Shown here piece after piece: positions 9,150 to 17,646 of a DNA stretch of 64,000 nt. The stretch is from positions 1 through 64,000 of IMG/VR virus record IMGVR_UViG_3300044846_003365. One strand, written 5' to 3'. Origin of the DNA: a virus. Position 1 is the stretch's first letter, and each line of letters begins with the position of its first letter. The notes under the pieces were generated by a model. It was not told the origin of the DNA and ran no database searches. It saw only the letters and a program-made list of their open reading frames with translations. The translations under genes and the position numbers were made by a program.

Positions 9150-12100
9150 GATGCGGCACCTTTACGTAGTTGTAATGCTAGAACTCTAGAAATCTTGGTA
9201 GCTAGTTCAGACTCGTTCATTCCTTCGGCTGGGTAAACACTGATGTTAATGTTGCCTTCTAAGCCAGAAGGTTCTTTTTTAGAGAGCAGTTCAATCATGG
9301 CTCTATCTCTTACAGACAATCCTGAAGAGTCTAGAGGCTCTACACGCTCTGCACGCCCAGCTTCAGCAATTTGAGCAAGCATACCGCCCGGTCTTGCAGC
9401 TACAATTCCACCTTCAGCTAGTCGAGGTAGCCTAATTTCAGGAATTTTAGGTAGGTTGAATCCAACTGATTGCCCACCAATAATTGGTACCCAGTCTGGG
9501 ACGGTGAACTTAAGAGTGTTGATGGCTGAAATAAGATTGTTCACACCTCTAATAGCAAAGTTTATAAAGCCTTCAAAGAATCCAATCAAGCCATTTGCAA
9601 TTCCCTTAAAGAAGTCAGAAATTCCCTTAAAGACGCCCATAAAGAATGATGAAAAGCCTTGAATAGCTGGAGTAACAAATTTAACAATGGCTTCTACTAT
9701 TTTACCAAGTACTGTAACAACTGCTGTGATAAATGGTGCAACAATTTCAAAAGCTTTTGCTAAAACTGCAATTATAATTCCAGCAACAGTAACAATTATC
9801 TTTATAAGTCCGCCAATTATAGGAATAAGTATTCCCAACAAAAGCTGTATAACAGGGGTAACAGCTTTAATTATTGCTGTAAAAGCTGGGACAACCGCTT
9901 CTATGATTTGAGTAATAAGCGGAGCCAGTGTCTCAATAAGGCTAAGAATAACTGGAACTAATGTCTGCACAATTATGTCTACAACTGGCATAATTGCTTC
10001 TATAATCATCATAAACACTGGGATAAGCGAATCTATAATTACTGGTAATACTTCACCAATAGCCGCAATTATAGTTTGAAAGACTGGCAATAACGCTTCT
10101 ACTATTGACGCAATCATCGGCAATACTTGGGCTATTGCGTCAATAATTAGTTGAACTATTGGCAAAAGTTTTGGAACTATGTCTGCAATCGTGGTTGCAA
10201 TTAGTTCTACAACTGGAACTATGGCTTGAGCAACGACTTCTAAAATTCTAGAAAATACTGGAACAAGTGTGTCGGTTAGTTGAGTAAAGGTTGTTGCTAA
10301 TGTGCCAAATGTTCCCTGCAAAGTTTGCCATATTGCATCTATAGAAGCAGCAAATTCAGAGTTACTGTTGTAAAGCCCTATAAATAATCCAGCTAAAATT
10401 GTCACTATTCTAACTATTGGGTTCAGGCCCAAAAATGCTTTTACAACGAAGGCAATAACAAATCCAAAAGCTTTAGCTACACCAGATAGAGTAGTTACGG
10501 CCAAGATGGTACCAGTGATAGGTCCTATAAAGTCTAGGATTGATTTAACTAGTTTGTTTTCTAAAATGTCAGCAACTATTCCAGCTGCAAAAGCTAAGGT
10601 ATCGAAGAAGGCCTTTGGAGCCCCTGAGTCAGCAAAGGCTGCAATTATTCTTGTAATGTTTACAATTAAGTTAGCCATAGCTGGGCCAGCTAAGATACCG
10701 TTTCTTAGAATTTCTCCAACATAAGGAGCGCCTTCTTTTAGGGTGTCCCAGAACATACCTATTTCTGGCATCGCTCCAAGCCCAATAATTTCTTTAATTA
10801 AGGCTCCGATTGACTGGAAGATAGAAATGCTGTTACCAGCAGCTCCTCTAAAGAATTCTTGTAGTCCAGCACTGTCATCACCTATAGCTGCAAAACCAGC
10901 CGTGGCATCTTTCAGCCACTGAATCATCATGTCTCCGCCAGAACCTGGCTGGAAGTTGGCCATGATAATGTCGCCAAGGCCGTTAAATACGTTGCCAAAC
11001 ACTTCTGATAGGTCGCCAAGAATTTCTTTTGACCTAGTAAAAAAGTCAGTAAGTCTTCCAGATTCCTGCTCAACGTTTAGGAAGTTCTTAAAGGCGTCAA
11101 CTTTTCCTACCAAGAAGTCCATAAAACTTCTAATTAGTGGGTCTAGCTCTTCCATAATGATTAGGAAAATTTCCCAACCGTCGCCCGCTATGTCACCAGC
11201 TTGAGAAATAGTGCCAGCGGTAGAAGTAAATAGTCCCCCAAGTCTTTCCACGTTCTGAGGGTCAACAATCGAGTCAGTTAGCTTTGTTACAAATGTTCCT
11301 AAGGCAGTACCTACCTCGCCAAAACCTTGTTTAAGAGTGGGGAATGCAATATCAATTACTCTTTTAATTTGAGTTTCGAGTACTGGCAAGAACCCAGAGG
11401 CCACAGCTTCTTTCAGCTCGTCTAGCAGTGGCCTAATGTCGGCCAAGAATCTAGCAAAGTCAGCTTGGCTTGCTGTTAAGCCAGCTAGCGGGTTTGAGCC
11501 ACCTAATTGCCTCTGAGCATCGGCTAAATCTTCTCTAGCCCTTCTTAGAGCTTCATTAGCGTCATCTAGACGCTCAGCATTTTCTTGCTCAGTTTCGCCT
11601 CTATTTTCAATTGCTTCTGCTAAATCCTCTTCGGCTTCTATAACGCCTTCAAGGTTATTTATGTCACCGCCAATTCTTGCCTGCTCTGCTGCAAGGTCTC
11701 TATTGGCATCAATGGCCCTACGGAGGTTTAAGTCTGCTTCTGCAAATGCAAGTTCTGCATCTCTTCTAGCTCTAGAGTTAGGTGGTAAGTCTTGTACACG
11801 TGCAAGTGTCTCTCTTGCTCGCTCAAGCTCAAGGGCTGCTTTCTTTTCCGCTAAGGCAGCATCCTCAGCGTCAAAGTTTAATTGCTGAAGTTCTTCTCTA
11901 CCCTCACGTATTGCTCGGTTTAGTCTATTTTGAGCATCAGTTACTCTATCGTTGGCATCTTCTAGCCTGTCAGCGTTGTCTGAGACTACTCTTTGTAGAT
12001 TTTTTTGAGCGTCATTTACAGCTCTAATTTCATTTTTTAGTGAGCGAGCAGCGCTTCCACCAGCCTCACTTAGCCTTTGAGCAGCAGCCCCCACTCCACC

Positions 12101-12520
12101 TAATGCTAAATTAGCAAGTGCAGAAGCAATTTTTAATTGTACTAATACACCAATAAAAGTTAAGGCAGCTGGTATAGCACCTCCTACTGCACCAGCTAAT
12201 CCAGCGAGACCACCAATTAGGGAGCCTATGGAACCAAGAACTACACCTAAAGTGGTTTGTAAAACAAAACCAGTTTTTTGTAATCTTTTCCAAGACTCTC
12301 CAGCAGCGTCAGCTTCGGGAGCAATGGCTTTCAATCCATTAGAGATTTTTTGAAAAAGAGTGCCTTGAGAGCCACTAAAAGCTTTAGAAAATTTTCTACC
12401 AGCATTTTGACCTGCTGTTGAAACAGCGCCACTAGCGCCTTTAATTCCTCTTTCAATGTCTTTAGCTACATCTGTTGTTATAGCTCGCACAATAATTTGT
12501 GCGGAACCTACTACTGCCAT
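9146..12520 (-). CDS. Tape measure protein
   Basis: 1124 aa, coiled coil plus amphipathic repeats, PRLAEGG motif near the C-terminus. Follows the tail chaperones. Confidence 0.92.
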   Translation of the reverse strand: MAVVGSAQIIVRAITTDVAKDIERGIKGASGAVSTAGQNAGRKFSKAFSGSQGTLFQKISNGLKAIAPEADAAGESWKRLQKTGFVLQTTLGVVLGSIGSLIGGLAGLAGAVGGAIPAALTFIGVLVQLKIASALANLALGGVGAAAQRLSEAGGSAARSLKNEIRAVNDAQKNLQRVVSDNADRLEDANDRVTDAQNRLNRAIREGREELQQLNFDAEDAALAEKKAALELERARETLARVQDLPPNSRARRDAELAFAEADLNLRRAIDANRDLAAEQARIGGDINNLEGVIEAEEDLAEAIENRGETEQENAERLDDANEALRRAREDLADAQRQLGGSNPLAGLTASQADFARFLADIRPLLDELKEAVASGFLPVLETQIKRVIDIAFPTLKQGFGEVGTALGTFVTKLTDSIVDPQNVERLGGLFTSTAGTISQAGDIAGDGWEIFLIIMEELDPLIRSFMDFLVGKVDAFKNFLNVEQESGRLTDFFTRSKEILGDLSEVFGNVFNGLGDIIMANFQPGSGGDMMIQWLKDATAGFAAIGDDSAGLQEFFRGAAGNSISIFQSIGALIKEIIGLGAMPEIGMFWDTLKEGAPYVGEILRNGILAGPAMANLIVNITRIIAAFADSGAPKAFFDTLAFAAGIVADILENKLVKSILDFIGPITGTILAVTTLSGVAKAFGFVIAFVVKAFLGLNPIVRIVTILAGLFIGLYNSNSEFAASIDAIWQTLQGTFGTLATTFTQLTDTLVPVFSRILEVVAQAIVPVVELIATTIADIVPKLLPIVQLIIDAIAQVLPMIASIVEALLPVFQTIIAAIGEVLPVIIDSLIPVFMMIIEAIMPVVDIIVQTLVPVILSLIETLAPLITQIIEAVVPAFTAIIKAVTPVIQLLLGILIPIIGGLIKIIVTVAGIIIAVLAKAFEIVAPFITAVVTVLGKIVEAIVKFVTPAIQGFSSFFMGVFKGISDFFKGIANGLIGFFEGFINFAIRGVNNLISAINTLKFTVPDWVPIIGGQSVGFNLPKIPEIRLPRLAEGGIVAARPGGMLAQIAEAGRAERVEPLDSSGLSVRDRAMIELLSKKEPSGLEGNINISVYPAEGMNESELATKISRVLALQLRKGAAS

Positions 12521-12553
12521 TACTCACCTCCTCTAACTGCTACTAATAAACTT

Positions 12554-13006
12554 CTAAACCAATGGACCGTCTAGTACAGAGCCAAGTTGCGAGACATCTG
12601 TAGAAGGTATGAATGGTTTAGTAGCTTTTTTCCTAGGATTAAATGGCTTAATGTCTCCCAAATCATCTATTGGCTCGTTTGGTGAGGCAAAAAATTCATC
12701 GTTGGCTGAAGCACTGACGTAAGACTTTGAGGAATTAGAAGCGTATTTATAGGTCTCGTTATATAGATTTCTATAAACACTTATTCTAATTTTTTCGTGA
12801 GCTTGGGCTTGCTCAGCTGTGGAATAGTTCATATCTTCTTCAAAGAAGTAATGAACAACATCTAACATGTCAGATGCTTCCATTTCTAGAAGATTTATTC
12901 CGTTCACAAGAGCCTTACCGTTAATAAAGTGCCAGAGGTCTATCGCCCAAATTAAGAGACTTCTGGCTGCGCTTCCGGGCGTCCAGAGTATTCCTCCATT
13001 AGCCAA
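12554..13006 (-). CDS. Tail assembly chaperone, C-terminal (frameshift) reading frame
   Basis: -1 frame overlapping the end of 12952..13290, immediately upstream of tape measure, no good RBS of its own. Confidence 0.7.
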   Translation of the reverse strand: MANGGILWTPGSAARSLLIWAIDLWHFINGKALVNGINLLEMEASDMLDVVHYFFEEDMNYSTAEQAQAHEKIRISVYRNLYNETYKYASNSSKSYVSASANDEFFASPNEPIDDLGDIKPFNPRKKATKPFIPSTDVSQLGSVLDGPLV

Positions 13007-13290
13007 GCAACAATGTCAGCTAGGGTTTCAACTGTTACGATTCTGTCCTTGCTTTCAGCTAGAGAATTAAATCTCTCTAGGCTTTCGTCTAGAAGAACAA
13101 CTTCAAAAAATTTGTTAACGGCTTCCGCTGACTTAACGGCGTCGTCTACGTTTGCTAGTGCAACTAGTGACAGCAAAGTACGGCCCTGAACCTGAGTCAC
13201 GCAGTGGAACTCTTCGCCGTGTAGTTTGAAGGATAGGGGTGTTACGTTTCCTTCGCTTTTTCCTGCACCAAAATCTTTAAATCTTGACAT
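12952..13290 (-). CDS. Tail assembly chaperone
   Basis: 112 aa ending WLMEEYSGRP, AAGGA RBS, between tail genes and tape measure. Confidence 0.8.
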   Translation of the reverse strand: MSRFKDFGAGKSEGNVTPLSFKLHGEEFHCVTQVQGRTLLSLVALANVDDAVKSAEAVNKFFEVVLLDESLERFNSLAESKDRIVTVETLADIVAWLMEEYSGRPEAQPEVS

Positions 13291-13375
13291 ATGTAATTAT
13301 TTCCTTTGTTATTGTGGACATAGTAAACGGGTTTGTTTACTGCTTCTATTCTACTACAGTTTAAAAGTGGTGCTT

Positions 13376-13885
13376 TTAGATAAAGTGTCTAAGCTGAGTC
13401 GATAAATAGGGGTTTGGCTTAGTGCCTGGATGCATAACTCTAGGGGTACCAATTACCCTGCTTCCTTTTCTAAAAACTAAAATTGTATTTGGAGGATTGG
13501 GAGTAATAATGTGGGCTCTTGTGCCCTCGTGGTGGGCCAAGGCATAATTCTTGTTTGACCCGATTGTTAAATACTGACCGTTTCTAAGTGGGTAGTGTTC
13601 CATGTTTATGGATTTTCTTAAAGCACCAGTTCGAACTCCAACCATTCTTTTTGCGTCTTTTACAGCTTTATTGCCTTTTACTTCTAAGTACTTCCAAAGA
13701 CCGCCAGCGGGGGTGTTGAGTTCTATTTTTAGCTTCTCTTTAAAAATTACTACGTTTGTGATGGTGTAGCTTAAGTGAGTGCCAGAGCCTTTATAAGAAC
13801 GAGACCCAGCCCTTCTAAGCGAGCCAGTCAGTCTCTGGCCAGCATAAATAAAGGGGCTGTCTGGAATTAAACCATAGGCTGGCAT
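13376..13885 (-). CDS. Tail completion / neck protein (HK97 gp10-like)
   Basis: VRTGALRKSI...YALAHHEGT...HPGTKPNPYL motifs. Confidence 0.75.
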   Translation of the reverse strand: MPAYGLIPDSPFIYAGQRLTGSLRRAGSRSYKGSGTHLSYTITNVVIFKEKLKIELNTPAGGLWKYLEVKGNKAVKDAKRMVGVRTGALRKSINMEHYPLRNGQYLTIGSNKNYALAHHEGTRAHIITPNPPNTILVFRKGSRVIGTPRVMHPGTKPNPYLSTQLRHFI

Positions 13886-13886
13886 T

Positions 13887-14393
13887 TTATGGGACCGCCA
13901 TAGTGACTTGTAGCACTACGGTTTGGAATCCACCTTCAGGCGGGCTAACTTCTACAGCTGCAATAACACCAACACCGTAACCAGTCTCGTCCCACATGTC
14001 TAGAAGCTTCATGGAGTCCATAAGAACCCAAGCATCGATAGCAGAAGAAGTAGAAGTTTGCTCAATCTTTTCTGCGCTAGGTGGCCTACCATTTTGACCA
14101 ACTACCGCCACTTCTCTTGAGATAGAAACATTTATAGTGGCACTTCTAGGAACGTTACATCTCATAGGCTCGTTAGCTTGAGCTCCTGGTGCTCCTAAGT
14201 AAAGCTGGACAAGGTTTACAACCAACTGCTCGCAGTCTATGGCTGGCTGGCCTATAGTCCAGTACTGCCTGCTAGGTAGAGGAACGTTATAAGATTGGTA
14301 AATGCTTTGGACTCTTTGCAAAACACCGTCCATCATGTTTTTTAAATTTAGAGCGTCTTCAGATACTCCAGTAACGTCAATTTGCGTAGCCAT
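13887..14393 (-). CDS. Tail terminator-like protein
   Basis: 168 aa with DCEQLVV and PPEGG, in the head-tail connector block. Confidence 0.6.
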   Translation of the reverse strand: MATQIDVTGVSEDALNLKNMMDGVLQRVQSIYQSYNVPLPSRQYWTIGQPAIDCEQLVVNLVQLYLGAPGAQANEPMRCNVPRSATINVSISREVAVVGQNGRPPSAEKIEQTSTSSAIDAWVLMDSMKLLDMWDETGYGVGVIAAVEVSPPEGGFQTVVLQVTMAVP

Positions 14394-14401
14394 GTCTTTT
14401 C

Positions 14402-15511
14402 CTAACTGCTTAGCTTAATTTTTAGGTTCCCAGTTTCTAGCTCGGCCACCTGCTCTACTCCGTTAACTGTTTTAGTAGCGTATAGAGTCCAAGTACCGGG
14501 GTCTACAATTCCTAGAGCAGCGTAAGCCTTGCTGTAGGGAATAGAGAACGACAGAGACTCTGCACCATTATTAAGGGTTATGCTACTGGATTCCAAATCT
14601 ACTGACTTAGTGCTTCCGTAGTTTCTTAGTGTCACTACTGGAGTCCAACCAGCTTCGTCAAAAAATACCGATACATCGGAGCCAGTAGCGGTGGCCGAGT
14701 TCCAAGTAGCAGGTGTTGACTTAACTACGGTTAAGTCAAAATTTACGTTGGCCGTTAGAACTGCTTCTTTTGCGTTATAACGTCTGGCTCTAGGGGCGTC
14801 TGGGGAGAAAACTCTTGAGCGACGTCTTGCTTTGTCTGGGTTAGTGGACTTAAGGAATAGGTCTACAGCGTAGACACCAGTTCTCAGGTCATCAATAAAA
14901 TCTTGGCTGTCTAGGAGAGTATAAGAAACTCCTTGACGAGAAATAGAAGTAACACGCTGTGGAAGAGCGCAGTCATCGTCTCCAGACCACAGCTTTGCGA
15001 ACTCGATGGCTAAGGTCCTAGCAGCCATCTTTCCAGCTACAGGAACTGGATATCCATAAGTGTAAGTAACCTCTACGTTACACGGAGTCCAAGGAACTCC
15101 AGCAGTTGCTTGAAGTACAGAGTGGTCAACTAGATAGTAAGAAGATGGGTCAAGAATGTCTCCTTGACGGTTTCTAACAGCGTGTACTTTTGTAACATTG
15201 CTTCCACGAAGCCTAATTCTAGATTCTGGGGATAAACCATCTGCAACTAGCTCAGCGTAATTGTCAAAGTCATTTAGAGGAATGTTGTAGACCTCGCCAG
15301 AGATAAGAATACCTCCATAGGTCCTAGAAGATGCACCCATTCTGTAGGCACGCTTAGCACACACATAGCGCTCAGTCACAGTTGTCTCACCAGTAAATTT
15401 ACGGCCAGACATTGCCCATAGAAGGTATGAAGCAACCTGAGCGGCCTCTGTGGCGTACTCAGTTTGAGAGTACTGTCCCAGTTCAGACGGTTCTATCCAA
15501 AGTGATGTCAT
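14402..15511 (-). CDS. Head-to-tail adaptor with C-terminal extension
   Basis: LLWAMSGRKF...CALPQRVTSISRQGVS...TGVYAVDLFL resembles cluster-B-like actinophage adaptors. Confidence 0.75.
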   Translation of the reverse strand: MTSLWIEPSELGQYSQTEYATEAAQVASYLLWAMSGRKFTGETTVTERYVCAKRAYRMGASSRTYGGILISGEVYNIPLNDFDNYAELVADGLSPESRIRLRGSNVTKVHAVRNRQGDILDPSSYYLVDHSVLQATAGVPWTPCNVEVTYTYGYPVPVAGKMAARTLAIEFAKLWSGDDDCALPQRVTSISRQGVSYTLLDSQDFIDDLRTGVYAVDLFLKSTNPDKARRRSRVFSPDAPRARRYNAKEAVLTANVNFDLTVVKSTPATWNSATATGSDVSVFFDEAGWTPVVTLRNYGSTKSVDLESSSITLNNGAESLSFSIPYSKAYAALGIVDPGTWTLYATKTVNGVEQVAELETGNLKIKLSS

Positions 15512-15534
15512 TTTACATCTTCCTACTAACCAAA

Positions 15535-15582
15535 ACGGGCGATACGTCTATGTAAATTATACAATGAGACGTACCGCCCGTA
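15535..15582 (-). terminator. Stem-loop after the major tail gene
   Basis: acgggcgatacgtct / agacgtaccgcccgt inverted repeat followed by TTTT on the minus strand. Confidence 0.6.
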
Positions 15583-15595
15583 TCGGATTAGCTAA

Positions 15596-16672
15596 TTAGG
15601 AGGTTGGGTCCTCGTTAGAGCGGATTACGCGGTCCACAGTTACGTCAGGGTTGTAGTTGACGTTACCTGGAACGTTGTACTGAGTAGTTGAGGTCGATGG
15701 GTTCGACTTAACTACAGCAGTGGAGCTTGTTACTGCGGTTGGGGCCACGTCTGAGACAACCTTAGTGTAGCTAATGGTGTCAGAAGTCTTACTTAGAATT
15801 GTGTAAGTACCGTTGAAGGTGCTGTCAACTCCAGAAACAACTACAGACTCGCCAACGATGAATCCGTGGTTAGCCTCAGTAGTAATTGTGGCAACGTTGG
15901 TAGTAACAGCCTTAGTTACTACGTTGTACTCAGGTGATACGTCTAGGTTAGTAACAGCTGTGTAGCCAGTGTCCTCGCTAGAGTCGTTAATACCGTCGTA
16001 GTTCCAAGTGTAGAATCCGTTTAGACCTACTGGAGCCCATGAAGCACGTGCGTAGCTGTAAGGACGCTCTGCAGCAACTGGGAACTCCCAACGGCCGTCA
16101 GGTCCGTCTTCGAAGTTAACGTTTCCAAGGCCGTAACCTTCGAAAGTAGTTGCTAGCATGCCGTTCTCAATTACGCGGTCTCCAGACTGGCGTAGCTTTG
16201 CGTATGGGAATACCCAGTGGAAGTAAGGAAGAGTCGAAGCTCTCTTACCATCCTTTACAGCAAATGACCAAGCCTCAATTGAAACACCGTTACCAGCAGG
16301 GTCGTCACCTACGGCTGGGGCTGCCCAACCAATTGACTTGTTGTCTGGTGAACCAAATGTTCCAAGGTTCTTGCGTAGTAGTAGACCACCTGAAATTAGA
16401 CCAGTTAGTTCTGGGTCTGGCTCACAAATTGCAAGCTCCATGGTGATTCTCTTTAGTGTGTCTGGTGACTTGTAAGTTACGCAGACGGTTCCGTTAGCGG
16501 ACTTTTCGGTGATTTCGTCGCCCTCTTCATATTCTGGGGTGAACGAGACTCGCATGAAAGCAGAAGTTGTGTAACTGTCTCCAGGTCCGTTTAGTAGATT
16601 TCCTGCAGCGTCCAGACGGGTGACACGAATCGACACACCCTGAATGCTTGCAGCATATTCCTGAGTAGCCAT
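15596..16672 (-). CDS. Major tail protein with a C-terminal inserted beta-module
   Basis: IRVTRLDAAG...TPEYEEGDEI...ICEPDPEL, followed by the TTEANHGFIVG...FNGTYTI module. Confidence 0.88.
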   Translation of the reverse strand: MATQEYAASIQGVSIRVTRLDAAGNLLNGPGDSYTTSAFMRVSFTPEYEEGDEITEKSANGTVCVTYKSPDTLKRITMELAICEPDPELTGLISGGLLLRKNLGTFGSPDNKSIGWAAPAVGDDPAGNGVSIEAWSFAVKDGKRASTLPYFHWVFPYAKLRQSGDRVIENGMLATTFEGYGLGNVNFEDGPDGRWEFPVAAERPYSYARASWAPVGLNGFYTWNYDGINDSSEDTGYTAVTNLDVSPEYNVVTKAVTTNVATITTEANHGFIVGESVVVSGVDSTFNGTYTILSKTSDTISYTKVVSDVAPTAVTSSTAVVKSNPSTSTTQYNVPGNVNYNPDVTVDRVIRSNEDPTS

Positions 16673-16692
16673 TTAGCTATTCTCCTTAGTGG

Positions 16693-17568
16693 TTAGGCTG
16701 TTAGGTCGACCCGAACAGCGAGGTGGATTGAAGTATCAAAGTAAACAGCCGCTGGGCGGATTGCCTTGATACGCATGTCATTCGCATTACCCGACACATC
16801 ATACGCTTGCGCGAGATTGTCGTTCACGACATCAACATCGCCCACATAAGTGCGGACGGTGCCAGTGGCGTAAATCCATTTGTTGGCGTCAGTAGCAGAT
16901 GCTCCTGTTGCGCCATCTGGTCCAGTACCTGAGTAACCAGAGCCAACAATAACAGGGGTGCCACCAAAAGTTTGTAGGTGGTCAGGGCCCTTGTTGTGAA
17001 AAAGCATGTTTGAACTACTAGAAAGAAGAGCTGCTACGTCGCGAGTCATGTGAATGACACCCTGTTCGCCAGCCTGTGAAGCTAAAGCAATTTGATGCTC
17101 CAAAATAGCAAGTGCTCTACGTGCGGTAACAGCTGTTCCGCTATTTAGCACTGTAGCAGTTGAAGATGAAAGAGCTTTATTTTCGTGAGTTTCACCTTTA
17201 CGAACAGCTCCATCCCACAACTCAGCTTCCATAGCTTTCTGAGTCATTCCTTCTAGCTGCTTTTTAATTCTTTCAATTCGGTCAATGCCGAGAAATCCTA
17301 GAGTAGAACGAGTCTCGTCTACTTCAATAAAAAATGGCTTAATTTCGTCGTAGTAATTTACGGTAGCGCCATTTACTAATACACCAGAAGTGGTGTCAGT
17401 GTCGTCCCAGTTTGTAAGATACTCGACTGTGGTTTCGTATTCTTGGGAGAATCCTCTAATCCACTGGTCTTCGCCAGGAGCATTTTCAGGCTTTACGACG
17501 GCGAGTAGGCCAAAAGCCGATGGCACAATCTTCGGTGCTGTTACAACACCAGTCTTAGTGAAAGCCAT
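16693..17568 (-). CDS. Second capsid protein (major capsid pentamer-like)
   Basis: 291 aa directly after the major capsid gene, with GVIHM...TPVIVGSGY. Same arrangement as Rosebush-type hexamer/pentamer phages. Confidence 0.65.
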   Translation of the reverse strand: MAFTKTGVVTAPKIVPSAFGLLAVVKPENAPGEDQWIRGFSQEYETTVEYLTNWDDTDTTSGVLVNGATVNYYDEIKPFFIEVDETRSTLGFLGIDRIERIKKQLEGMTQKAMEAELWDGAVRKGETHENKALSSSTATVLNSGTAVTARRALAILEHQIALASQAGEQGVIHMTRDVAALLSSSSNMLFHNKGPDHLQTFGGTPVIVGSGYSGTGPDGATGASATDANKWIYATGTVRTYVGDVDVVNDNLAQAYDVSGNANDMRIKAIRPAAVYFDTSIHLAVRVDLTA

Positions 17569-17594
17569 TTTAAAATCCTTATCTAAATCTTGAA

Positions 17595-17635
17595 CCCCGT
17601 GTCAGGGGTGCCTATTGCTAGGCACCCCCTCAACG
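17595..17635 (-). terminator. Stem-loop after the major capsid gene
   Basis: ggggtgccta-ttgc-taggcacccc inverted repeat. Confidence 0.55.
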
Positions 17636-17646
17636 AGTGAGTAATT

